A DNA stretch of 64,000 bases from Mytilus trossulus (taxonomy: Eukaryota): positions 52,762,001 through 52,826,000 of the forward strand of contig NC_086375.1 in the NCBI RefSeq assembly GCF_036588685.1. Direction: 5' to 3'. A model generated the notes under the pieces. The model was not told the origin of the DNA. It ran no database searches and saw only the letters and a list, made by a program, of their open reading frames with translations. The first letter of the stretch is position 1. Each line of letters starts with the position of its first letter. Positions 12,201 to 23,552 of the stretch are shown here, piece after piece. Position numbers and translations under genes: made by a program.

Positions 12201-15200
12201 AGTCTTAGGTCCATACGCTTCTGGTTTTACTCTGTCTACACAAGCTATGTAAAAAACATGATATTTCTTACTTAAATGTCAAATAAATTGACCGATTTTT
12301 TTTAATATAAGGTCATATAATATGCACAGAAGACTAAGTTTAGCATGCATGGGTTTAACAATTTCTGATAACATTATGATAACAAGCAACTTAATTATTC
12401 ACAAGTCTTAAATAAAAGGCGCTTTTACATTTTTATTAATAACTTTAAATCGGATTTTGTTAATGTTTTAAGGATCGTTTGTTATTTGGAGCTGAATAGT
12501 TCTGGAACATTAAGGACTCATTTTTTTCTTCTATATTTTCGTCTGTATTCCGTTTGATTTTCTTGTACTTGTTCGTTTGTCTAAAGGATTGTCTAATACT
12601 ATTTCGTAATGCTTTTTATTTCTTTGAAATACCGCTTAAGTTTGGTAGAAACAGGATCGCTATTTCCCAGCACAATAATCTAGGGGGACGACCATATAAA
12701 AAATCCCCTTGGGTTAGCAGGATTGATAATGTGAATGTTGCATTTGTGATAAAATAATCCCTATTAGGACAAATTAGGGATGAATATGAGCATAAGACAA
12801 AAAATTATTTTTAATAAATTATATATTTGGGGAATATGGAATGTCACTTATGCGATGAATTTATTTTGTTAAACTTTATCTGTGATAAAGTATTCATGAC
12901 AAAACAAGTCAGAACTTCCTGAGAGTGAAGGCAAAGCATGTACTTTTTATCCTTATTTTATGTGTCTTTTAAATAAATAGAACAAAGTAAGGGTTCAACT
13001 GACCTTTATTATAGTATTTGTATTATTGATCAGCATGCACACTTCATTATTAGGGCTAGTATCTCATTACTATGATTACTGCATGTAATGGTTCAACAAT
13101 ATTTTTACATACCTGCAGAATCATCGTAGGGTTTCACGACATGATAAATCTTACATTTATAATATTTCATAGTGTGATTTCAACGTTAAATTACAATCAG
13201 GTAAATTTCTTAGCTTATTTAAATTTCTAATATGCGAACTACTTTTTTTTTTTTTATCTTAAGACCTATTGTTAGGTTGACATATTCATCTTGCCAAAAT
13301 CTCTTGAGATTGATCTCATTTTCACTGTTAATTTTAGTTTTTATGATACAGTAGTAGAACCACCGTTTCTCTATCCAATACAAAAGTTAGCTAGAAAACA
13401 AGGTTTAATCTACCATTTGTTTATGTGTCTGAATATGCTGAATATGCCTTTACAAAGACAGGAATATAACAGTTGTTTTCCAGCCGTTCCGTTGGTGAGA
13501 GTAGATTCTTAGATTTTATTTGGTTTATAAATTACTTTTTTTTTAATTTACCTTGGAGTTCGATATTTGTTTTCTGACATGTCGTTTTAAGTTTTACACT
13601 GACTTGTGAATTTTGAATGTCCCTTATTTGTATATTTTGTCTGACACTTTAGTATCATTTGCTTAAATATTGTTTTATTTACATTAATTCTACGTAAGAA
13701 AATGACAATACCAAGTCAAGATTATAAAAGTTGTTTTGCTTTCGTTAAATGTATTTGAGCTTTTGATATACCATTTCATAAAAGACTTCTGAATGTGAAG
13801 TTTTCATGCAGTCCGTTTGTTTTGTTTTTTTACTTATTCATGTAATAACTATTATTTAATACTACTTACAGTATACTTCTATTTTGGTAGTGTGATTTGC
13901 AATAACTTTATTCTCACTGGAAAGTGCTATACACCTGTAAATCCCTTCGTTACTCCAACCAATGTCTGTTATCCGAAGGGTCTGGTTTTTATCTCGAAGT
14001 GAAGGCTGATTATCCGACATTCTGTTGACATGAAACCAAGGGAATAGTTGCCACTGCAATCCATCCTTTTTCTTGAATTCCCAAATTATTCTATCATAAT
14101 TTTGAGCGCAGCAATAGACCTTTTTATATTTTCCAACTCTTGCATAATCAAAATCAGCAATTCGGTCTTTTATGAAAATCTCAGACGCTGTAATAAAATT
14201 AACGGTACCAATTTTCTTGCACCAGATGCGCATTTCGACAATACATGTCTCTTCAGTGATGCTCGAGGCCAAAAATATTTGAAATCCAAAGCTTATATAA
14301 AAGATGAAGAGCTATAACAATTGCATTATTTTTATCAGAAATGGAACATATTCTTTCAAAGTTTTCAAAAACTTTGCATGTGCAAAATAATTTCCTAGGA
14401 AATAAGGATACATAGAAGTGTAGCTAACAATATCTAGAATTTACAATTAATCTACATTTTTCTTTTATCGATCTTTTCTGAAACAAATGGTCTTATTATG
14501 TTTGTGTTTGTGTGTGTGTAATACGGCTTTCTAATCGAATTTCCATTCATTTAATATTAAACATACCTGCAAATGGTGATCACAACTATGCCAATCACTA
14601 ATACAAACCCTTAGTTGATACCGTTTTGTGTGATTGTTGATAATTATAGTGTGCAACTATATGAAATAAGAAGGTACCACACAGTAAATCATAAATAGTA
14701 AATGGTGCCAGGATGATGAAATGTTCAAGCAACGGTGTGCTTTATATAACACTTATGTACGAAAACCAACATTTGAGACAGCAACCAAAGGCAACCACTA
14801 TAATACACATAACTTGTTTAAAAATGAGGTAAATTCAAATATTATAAAGTTTTGTAAACCTATAAACCTATGAAAACCTTGAATTTTCAGATGTTATCAA
14901 GGCAGAAGTCCGTCAAACATATAAATACTTATCTACTCATGGCTTCCAAACGTTAGAAGAATTTATACAAAGTTGTCCTATTCAGATCTATCTCCATTGA
15001 TATACTCCTTACCTTTTACCCAAAATTTCAGAAATGATGATATTTGTGAAATGTATTCAGCATAGTGCGTTGATCATAATTAGATTTTACGGAGCCAATG
15101 GAAAATAACTCACATTCTTGAATATGCGTACAGACTTTTCCCGAAGAAAATGGTGGGTACCAACTGGTTGAATAACTGTCTATAAGCATTCCACTATTAT

Positions 15201-15968
15201 GATAGTTGTTTATGGTTCTGTAATACTGCCACAATTTGGTGAGTAATCTTAACAGATATTATTTGTTAATTTGACAATAATTGTTATACAGCAGCAAAAA
15301 TCGTGAAAACAAACATTATACAACAGACAATAAAATTTGAACAGATAAAACAAAAAATCTGTCAAAGACACATAAAAACAGCTGTTGTAGTTGACAGTAA
15401 ATCCAATCAAGACAGACACAAAAATGTAACAATGAAAAACATTACAGGATCAAAAATTAAGACCTTTGTAAAAAAAAGCTTGGTACTTCGGTTAGCAGAT
15501 TTGATCATTAAAAAAATAAATAATGTGTTATGATTGTCAATGAGACAACTCTGCACAAAAGGCCAAATGCAATATAAATAAACATTCATAATACAGGCCA
15601 CCGTATGGCCTTAAAAAAACGAAAACTCATACCGCATTGTAAGTCCCCAAAATGACAAATGAACAATAATTCAAGGATAACATTCTGATTTATGTACAAA
15701 GTAATGACCTAAAACAAATATGACATACATCAACAAAGTCAAAGCTATTTATATGTATCTACAAAATAAAGATGGTGTCGCCAAATTTTATTATTTTTGC
15801 ATTTGCATGTGTCAAATAATTGTTATGTTTCAAATAGAAAACAAATTTCATTACATAATCATAAGCATGTGATGTAAGCTACTCACTTTTAAGTGTTGTA
15901 TTTCCCATCAAAACACAGGACGAAAACACGTTGTCAATTAAAACAAACAGCAATGTAGTGTAAATCAT
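6282..15968 (-). CDS. IL-1 receptor-like protein, paralogue A (signal peptide-Ig-Ig-TM-TIR), 7 coding exons, 491 aa
   Basis: Exons: 15968-15887 (MIYTTLLFVLIDNVFSSC...), 14187-13870 (Ig1: YCC, IIW, EGIYRC), 12244-12043 and 10562-10429 (Ig2: FTCTGDFGC, VSWY, TDFKQNFTC), 9172-9005 (TM), 7914-7786 (TIR box1-like YHVFILH) and 6724-6282 (SKSLVIIY...FFCKLKLRMP, stop TAG). All junctions are GT-AG. Total 1476 nt, open frame. Confidence 0.9.
6808..7125. repeat. High-copy SINE-like dispersed repeat (aaaggcaacagtagtataccgctgttc...)
   Basis: The same family recurs at ~27400-27730, 28030-28250, 42640-42780 and 63455-63625, and reversed at ~21590-21860. Confidence 0.7.
7131..8563. repeat. Pair of ~175 bp diverged direct repeats (7131-7308 and 8387-8563) flanking the first TIR exon of paralogue A
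   Basis: Both run from tagtctatgggcgttagt to ctcgacattctcaaaaagtatgacttttgt.ctaattt. Confidence 0.85.
14219..14262 (-). ncRNA. Minimal type I hammerhead ribozyme motif, intact core
   Basis: Minus strand reads GCAUCA-CUGAAGA-GACA UGUAU UGUC-GAAA-U GCGC A-UC-UGGUGC. Helix I is 6 bp, helix II is 4 bp, loop III is palindromic, and the cleavage triplet is AUC. Confidence 0.85.
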
Positions 15969-16364
15969 TTTAGCCACAGTATTCTTTCTTTTAGTGCATT
16001 TAGTATGTATTATCTATATAAGTGTGTCAATAACTATATTTTACATGTATCCGTGGATAAATTCTAAATATAGTACAGTGGTTTTAAAAATTCCTCCGTT
16101 TTACATCAACGACTACCTGTGACTGTGCATTCATACAAACTGTCAATGTGAAATGCATCGATAACTATATTTATCTTTCGGAAACACTCCTACAACGTTC
16201 TTTTATCAAAGGGGAATACCATTACAAATACCGTTCGAGAAGTTTTTCATTCACAAATACATATACATAAACATAATTTCCATCATTATACAAATTATTT
16301 AATGAAAATTACAAATAAATATATACAAAACAAAAGATGTATGGTTAAGATTTGTTTCAATATG

Positions 16365-16901
16365 ATGAGTCTTTTGTAGACGAAACGCCCTTCTGGCGCA
16401 ACTACAATTTTCAATCCTGATATCTATGATGATATCACCATTCCTGTATGATAATTTTTCTATAGCAGCCATGGACTTAAGAGTGACACAGAGAAGCATA
16501 CATTTATAAAGTTGAAGTTCTAAGTGATATCTCAGTTTCTTTAGAGCATATCCAACAGTTTATTTCTGACGGTGATAATTTTACTCTTTAAGATAAGTAG
16601 GCCATTTGTTACCTGCTTAAATCAAATAAGTAATGAGTCTTTTGTAGACGAAACGCCCTTCTGGCGCAACTACAATTTTCAATCCTGATATCTAAGATGA
16701 TATCACCATTCCTGTTTGATAATTTTTCTATAGCAGCCATGGACTTAAGAGTGACACAGAGAAGCATACATTTATAAAGTTGAAGTTCTAAGTGATATCT
16801 CAGTTTCTTTAAGGGCATATCCAACAGTTTATTTCTGACGGTAATAACTTTTCTCTTTAAGATAAGTAGGCCATTTGTTACCTGCTTAAATCAAATAAGT
16901 A
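16365..16901. repeat. Recent tandem duplication, 2 x ~268 bp
   Basis: 16365-16632 and 16633-16901 are near-identical (a few substitutions, one 1-nt indel). This explains the twin spurious ORFs 16299-16499 and 16609-16824. Confidence 0.95.
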
Positions 16902-19900
16902 AAAATGAGGTTGAAATTTCAGATATTTGTTAAAAATTCTGATTTTTGGACGTATTTTTCCTCCCGACAGAAAAACATAACTGTTTTGTTTTAAAAGATA
17001 AACACAAGCTGTTTTTGTTAAATTATTTATAAGTTTTCTGCTATATAAGTATCCTATAAATTTATGAAATATTTTGTTTAGAAATAAATAAATTTATCGA
17101 GTGTTCATGAATGTAGAAAAAACATATATTTTGGCTGTATATCTATCAAATTTAAAAATAAAATGCATCTTTGACTTTTTCATGAAATTTGGTACAAATA
17201 ATCTTCATACGTAATGAAACCAAATGAAATTTTAAAAAAGAGGAGTCGATGAACTCGTTTTCAATTAGTTTGAGTGATAAAAATCAGTACAACAAAAAAA
17301 CTGTTTTTACGCATTTAACGTTAGCGACGTCGTTATATCCCCTGTAACTGTATAGTATGACCTTAATTTCATATTTCTGAATGACGATATTAATTCTTAT
17401 AATAAGACCTTGCATAATATGTGACGAAGTTAGACTGATTATGGTTCCAGTTTTTTGCTTTTGAACAGTTTGTTTGTAGAAAATTGAAATCGCTAATATC
17501 ACAAAGTGCACATTACCAATATGACTATGCTTTTTTCAACTGTGGTTTTAAGATTGTTTAGATTTTTCCGGTTTAAGAACATTGGTCGTACGGTGACCTA
17601 TAGATGTTAATTTTGTTTCATTTTGGTCTGTTGCGGACAGTTGTCTCATTGGCAATCATACCACATCTTCCTTTTTTAATATTGGTACTTGACATAATGA
17701 TTTTTAGCAATTGGAATGAGTGAAAATAGTCAAATGGCGTTATATATTTTTAAAAATTTTAAAGTTACAGAAATAAGACTTTTTGTTATAGGAAAAAAGT
17801 GATTGTAAAAAATCAACTTCTGAAAATAAAAAAAATAAAAAATGCTTGGAATTATATCACATACATGTACAATGTTTTTGATTCTATGAGATTTTCCTGT
17901 CGTCTTCAATGAATATATAAATAAAGCCAACAGTAGTCTACCGGTGTTCAAAATGTATAAATTGATTGAGAAAAAACAAATTCGGGTATATAACAAAAGT
18001 ATATCTTTATTTAAATGGTCCTTAATTTTAAGTCGAGTAAAAATATATATACATATACACATGTACAACTTAAAATAATCTTTCTAAACACTTTACTTAT
18101 ATTTACATCTGGTGATTGAATAAAAATGAACTTTCAATCTTTAGAAATCGTACAACACAAAACTTGTTGGCCTTTCAGTTGACTTTTTTCCATTATGGTG
18201 TTGGCAGTTCCTTCTCGACTTACGGAATTTTAATGACGCTATTGTATCTACCGCCTCTTTTGATAAACTTTAAGGTTTAAAGTAGGATAAGTTATATACA
18301 TGTATTGTAAAAATAAAAACATACATATTATTGAAAATTATCTGTTTTAAATCGTTCTTTTGAATTTGGTGTAACCTTCAGTGATAGATATTTAAAAGTT
18401 GATGAAATACAATGGGTTGGAAATTTTTAAACATTTAAAATCTTTGTGGTTATTATGTTACCTTAAGCTAAGTATTAAGTTTCTATTTTAAGTATCAAAT
18501 TAGTGGGGTTCCGAATTTAAAATGCATTTTTAATCAAATCTGCAACTAATACAAATAGTTATAAAAAAGGATCGACAGACATTGTATCAAATAACATGGT
18601 TAATTTAAAAAGTAACAAAGATAAAATATATGCTAAACACAATCATAGTATATAATTATACATTTACTTAACATGTCAAAATAAATTCGAGTAATATTTG
18701 AAAATTTACCAATGCAGAAAATTTCAATCCGCGCTACAAGTTTATACATTGGTTCCGTATTTTAAAGATTGATTTGAAGAATGTTTAATTGTGGAAATCC
18801 CTTCAAATCCTCTCTCAGAACAATAGATTTAAACTTGAGTACTTTTTTTTTAATAAAACACGTTGTCTACTCCTTTGTAAATATGGCAATTCATATTGAC
18901 AATGCTCCAAATCCTATCAAACTTTACAATACTGTGAATCAACTTATTTCGTTTTTACCAAAGTCTGCGTATGTTCCTTTGGAAAGTGTGTATTTCGTTA
19001 AATATTCAAATCTATGGTTCTCCTGAACCCCGGAAATCAATGATCAATGATAAATCCACAGTTCCTACGGTGGAGATAATTGAAGCGAAATGAAAGATTT
19101 TTCAAAGCAAATTACAACAAAAAGATCAATCGTGTTCTCTGAGGGTAGGAAATCAAACAAAACATATTCAACAAATTAAGTATGGAGCAAAAATTCAAAA
19201 CCATTCTTTTTTGTTGAATTATTTTTGAAAAGTTTTAAGAAATAATGGTGCGTTTTGGAAATATTTAATCTACCGCTAAAATGACATAATTACATGACGG
19301 GAATACAGTACAATAAACTCATCATAGATACCAGGAAATAATTTTGTATATACGCCAGCCGCTCATTTCGTCTACAAAAGACTTACCAATGACGCTCGTA
19401 TTAAAAAAAGTTTTAAAAAAAGCCAAATAAAGTACGAAGTTGAAGAGCATTGAGGACCAAAATTCCTAAAAGTTTTGCCAGATCCAGCTAAGGTACAAAC
19501 AAATGCCAGAACACCAAACACAAATATTTTATGTTGTAAATTTGACTTCCACTCAATATGAATACACTTGTATTTCTTAAGTATTTAACGATTGCAAGTA
19601 ATAGCTTACTAACATGTGTTTCTTAGAAAGTATGTGTATGGAATGATTCTTTAGTCTTAAGTGCACAATATCTTCAAAAGTTTGTATTTTATTTAAACTA
19701 GCTGTCAAAAACTGCAAGTACTGGTATATCTGTGCTTAGTGTTTAAGTTGTTGTTGTGGGGATGTATAAATTTCCTGCCACGACCGGTCTGTATTTTGCG
19801 AGATATCGTTCTGCTTTGTATCGATATGATGGGTTAATATAACAATAGGAAGATGTTATATTATTGCCAATGAAACATCTCTCCGCAATACAGTAAACAA

Positions 19901-22900
19901 CAGATATTAAGGTGATATGGGTGTCTAAATTGCAAATGATAGAATTTGTTCATACTTTGCCAAAATGAAGTTTATTGATTTATGTTCAAAAATATAATAA
20001 AAATGATAGGTCAGCGAGCATTTTCTCAAACTAAAGGTTGTGACAAAATGTGTCATTTTGTATAGATTATACCGGAAAATTCTCATAATGTAATTATGAG
20101 CTAAACTAAATGATAGAATTGTAAATTGAAAGACGGGAAGATAGCTTTTAGAAAATGCTTTGAGAATATCAAAGGAAAAGATAGGATCACCGTACGTTTT
20201 ATTCTAGCTAGCATATAAAATAGCCTAATTCCATGTAGATTCCATAAAAAAATGCCCTATTTCAGAGTTACTCCCCCTTAGCATGTCAATTTAAAAAAAA
20301 AAGTATTAAAAATATCCATACACTTTTATCAATATTAATATTTTAAAGTTATAATCATATACATTTGTTCTTTTAAATGAAAATTCACATTAGTTATCTG
20401 CATTCCTGCATCAAATTTTGCTAACTTGATTGAAAATCAGGACCTTAGGTTCTTAGCTTTTTATAGCTTGTTCTGTTTTATCACTGTCCCTTGTCAAGTG
20501 TGGTATCTTCAACTAGTTTAACTCCACCCTGCCTCATCCTGTACGTGCCTGTCTCAATTCAGGAGCCTGTGATTCATTGACTGTCGTTGTCATTTGTTAT
20601 TTTGTTAAATAAATCAGGCCGATAGTTTTCTCGTTTGAATTGTTTTACATTTGTCATTTAATATGTCTATGCGGCACGGTGACATCAAGTTTTTAACTTC
20701 TATATCATTTTGTCTCCTGGGTAAAATTGTTTCCTTGATAATCATACCACAATTTTTATACTAACATAACAATGTTGACTGGTCGTCGTAGTCTTTCATT
20801 GTCTATGTTATTAAAGTTCATTATAAGCTTTATAGTCCAAATTAACAAATCCCTTATTGTATGAATTTCGCGTCTGGAAGATATTCGTTGTTAATTTACC
20901 ACATTTGCATTCAACTATAGACGGAATGAATATCTGTCCGGTAGAGCTTGTTCATCTTTATTTGTTATATCAAATGATTTAAACTTTATCTCTGGTAGGC
21001 ACGATTTTTATTGTCTAAACAGCATTTTTTATTTTGAATTTCTTTATTTCAATCTTCATCATATAACTACAGATAATCTGCCAATTACATTTTTTCTCAA
21101 AAACGATCGATTGGTGAAGAAGCTCATATGACAGGATTCTTCGAACTATGTTCGGAATTCATGATTAAATGATTAATGTTGAAAAAAATCATCAAATATA
21201 GCAGGCTTATAGATCTGTACTACAGACACCGTTTTTTCTCTCCAAAAGACTCATCAGTGAAGAACGAATCGTAAAAGGTAAAATAACAAATAAAGAACGT
21301 AACTTAAGAGCATTGAGGATCAAACATTCCGAACGACTTTTTCACAAATATACGTTAAGGATCACTCAAACCAATCATTTATTATGCATATCTTAAATCA
21401 TTAACGACACACACAAAATTGCAAACAAGTGTTATATGATCTAAATATTGACGACCTCAAGTCTAAACTCCCAGAAGCGTTTTTTTTTTTTTTTTTTTTT
21501 TTTTTATCTCAGACCCTGAACTATTTTTTAGAAAATCAAAATTTCATTTCCGGAACCTCCCACTCTTGAAAAATTAATAAAATGCTTGCAATATCAGCAG
21601 GAGGTTTTCCTAGCCACAAAAGCAGGTTAAATCCAACATTTTGGTCTTGGAATGTCCTGTACCAAGTCATGAAATGGACATTGTTATTTTATAGTTCGTT
21701 TCTGTGTATGTTGCATTTTAGTGTTGTGTTTCTTTTGTGTCGTTGTTCTGCTCTCATTTTTGATGTGTTTTTCTCAGATATAGTTTGTAACCCGGATTTG
21801 TCTTTTTTCTAATCGATTTATGAATTTGGAACAGCGATATACAACTGTTGCCTTTATCTATGTAAGATGGCATTTGTTTTTGAGAAGCTCATTGGTTCCG
21901 TTGTTTCCCCTTATAGTTGATGCGTATCACTCGGTTTTGGTTTGTGACCCTCAATTGCTTTTTGCTTAAATGATTTATAACTATTAAAAGAGGGTATACT
22001 ACTGTTGCGTTTATTACAGTGTTTTTCTGACTATATGATACTAAATTACAGATAGTCAGTTTTTAACTGCATGACATGTTCCCTTTACAAAAATTTTCTC
22101 CGCCCATATAAAACTATTCAGAAAATGTTTATATATTCGGTACGACATAAGCTTATTAATTAGATATGCCAACAGCATCAGATACCTGATCATTCCTAAA
22201 CTTGTTGTTGCTATTCTCAATACTTAATTTAAAGACTCTTTGATGTTATCTTGTACTGTAGATATTCGTTAACATAGAATTTAATATAGCAGACATTGTG
22301 CCAAAAAAAAAGTGAAAGACCAAACGAGTAAAAAATATAAAATTAATACACCTATTCGAAACGGCTATACCATTGATAAATCGATTATATGTGCACTACT
22401 TGGTACCTTTTCAAATACTACTTCTGATGGTCTATGTTTGCAATACAAGAGATTTGTTCGTATTTTGAATGAAATGAAAACATTAGATTTTTAAAAGTAT
22501 CAGTTCACACAAAAGGGGAAGGGGAAATTCAAAGATGTTTTACAAAACGTGTGATGTTAAGAAAACAGCTAAATGTTTGGGCGGTACAGTATCTCTATTA
22601 TAGTTGTTTTTCAAAACAAGAGCAAAGAAACCTAAATTTGGTCAAAACTGTTATGTACGGACAATACTATATAATACCATCCTTGCTTCATCATTTTTCC
22701 TATATTTAAAACGGCTTTGTTTTGTATTTTAACCCTCATGCTGTATTGATATCAAGGGCGGCATTATAAGTTTTGATAACGGACTTTTTGACCACATTTT
22801 TTTACACGATGCCAACAGAATGATTGTGGGGAGGTGTGGTGTCAGGGGATACAATTTCTTGATAAAAAAAACCCACAGAACGACCAGTAGCATAGATAGA

Positions 22901-23552
22901 TGACAAACCTTAGGAGATGACAATAGATCCAAATTTACACTTCGGACAAGGCGTTTCATATGAAATCAACTTCGTTCACCGCTTTGACAACCAATAAATT
23001 TACAAAATTACAAAAAAGAAGCATTCAACGTTCAATTTTCTTAACAATTTGCTATAAAGCGTGCTTTGAAACGCACCGATTTCACAATTTTAAATATATT
23101 AATAAGACGATACAAATGTCTGCAATCAACATCAAGTTTTCTTCACACAAAAAAGCGCCCACTAAATTCGACCAGTCGAGCTTTATGATTTACATAAGCC
23201 TCATATGAACAGTTTTTATTTACTATCTTATGACAATCTACTGTTTTTAAGATTATTTTGATTAATTTGCTTCATACAAGTGCTTTCACAGTGTATTCGT
23301 CACCTAGGGAAATGTTGACTCTTTGGCTACATGTTTATTAGTTTAAAAAACTTATTGAAGACTCACATGCTGACATTGGGTACTTCAATAGTTCCTTATC
23401 ATTTTTAAGGTGAACTATTAACAAATATACTAACACAAATAAGGAAACGCTTTATATGCTGAAGAGATACCGTTTTCATTTGACGGATGTTCCTAATGTC
23501 TTTGCAAACTCTTTAAAAACTATACAATTTGGTTACTATAATCTGACCATAC

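Noticed and set aside
14566-14655. Possible extra 90-bp exon in intron 1 of paralogue A (good acceptor and CAG/GTATGT donor)
   Set aside because: In the required phase-1 frame it contains TAG, and no counterpart was seen in B or C.
19888-20450. TTAA-flanked DNA transposon starting ttaaggtgatatgggtgtc
   Set aside because: Only one terminus was found, so boundaries cannot be supported.
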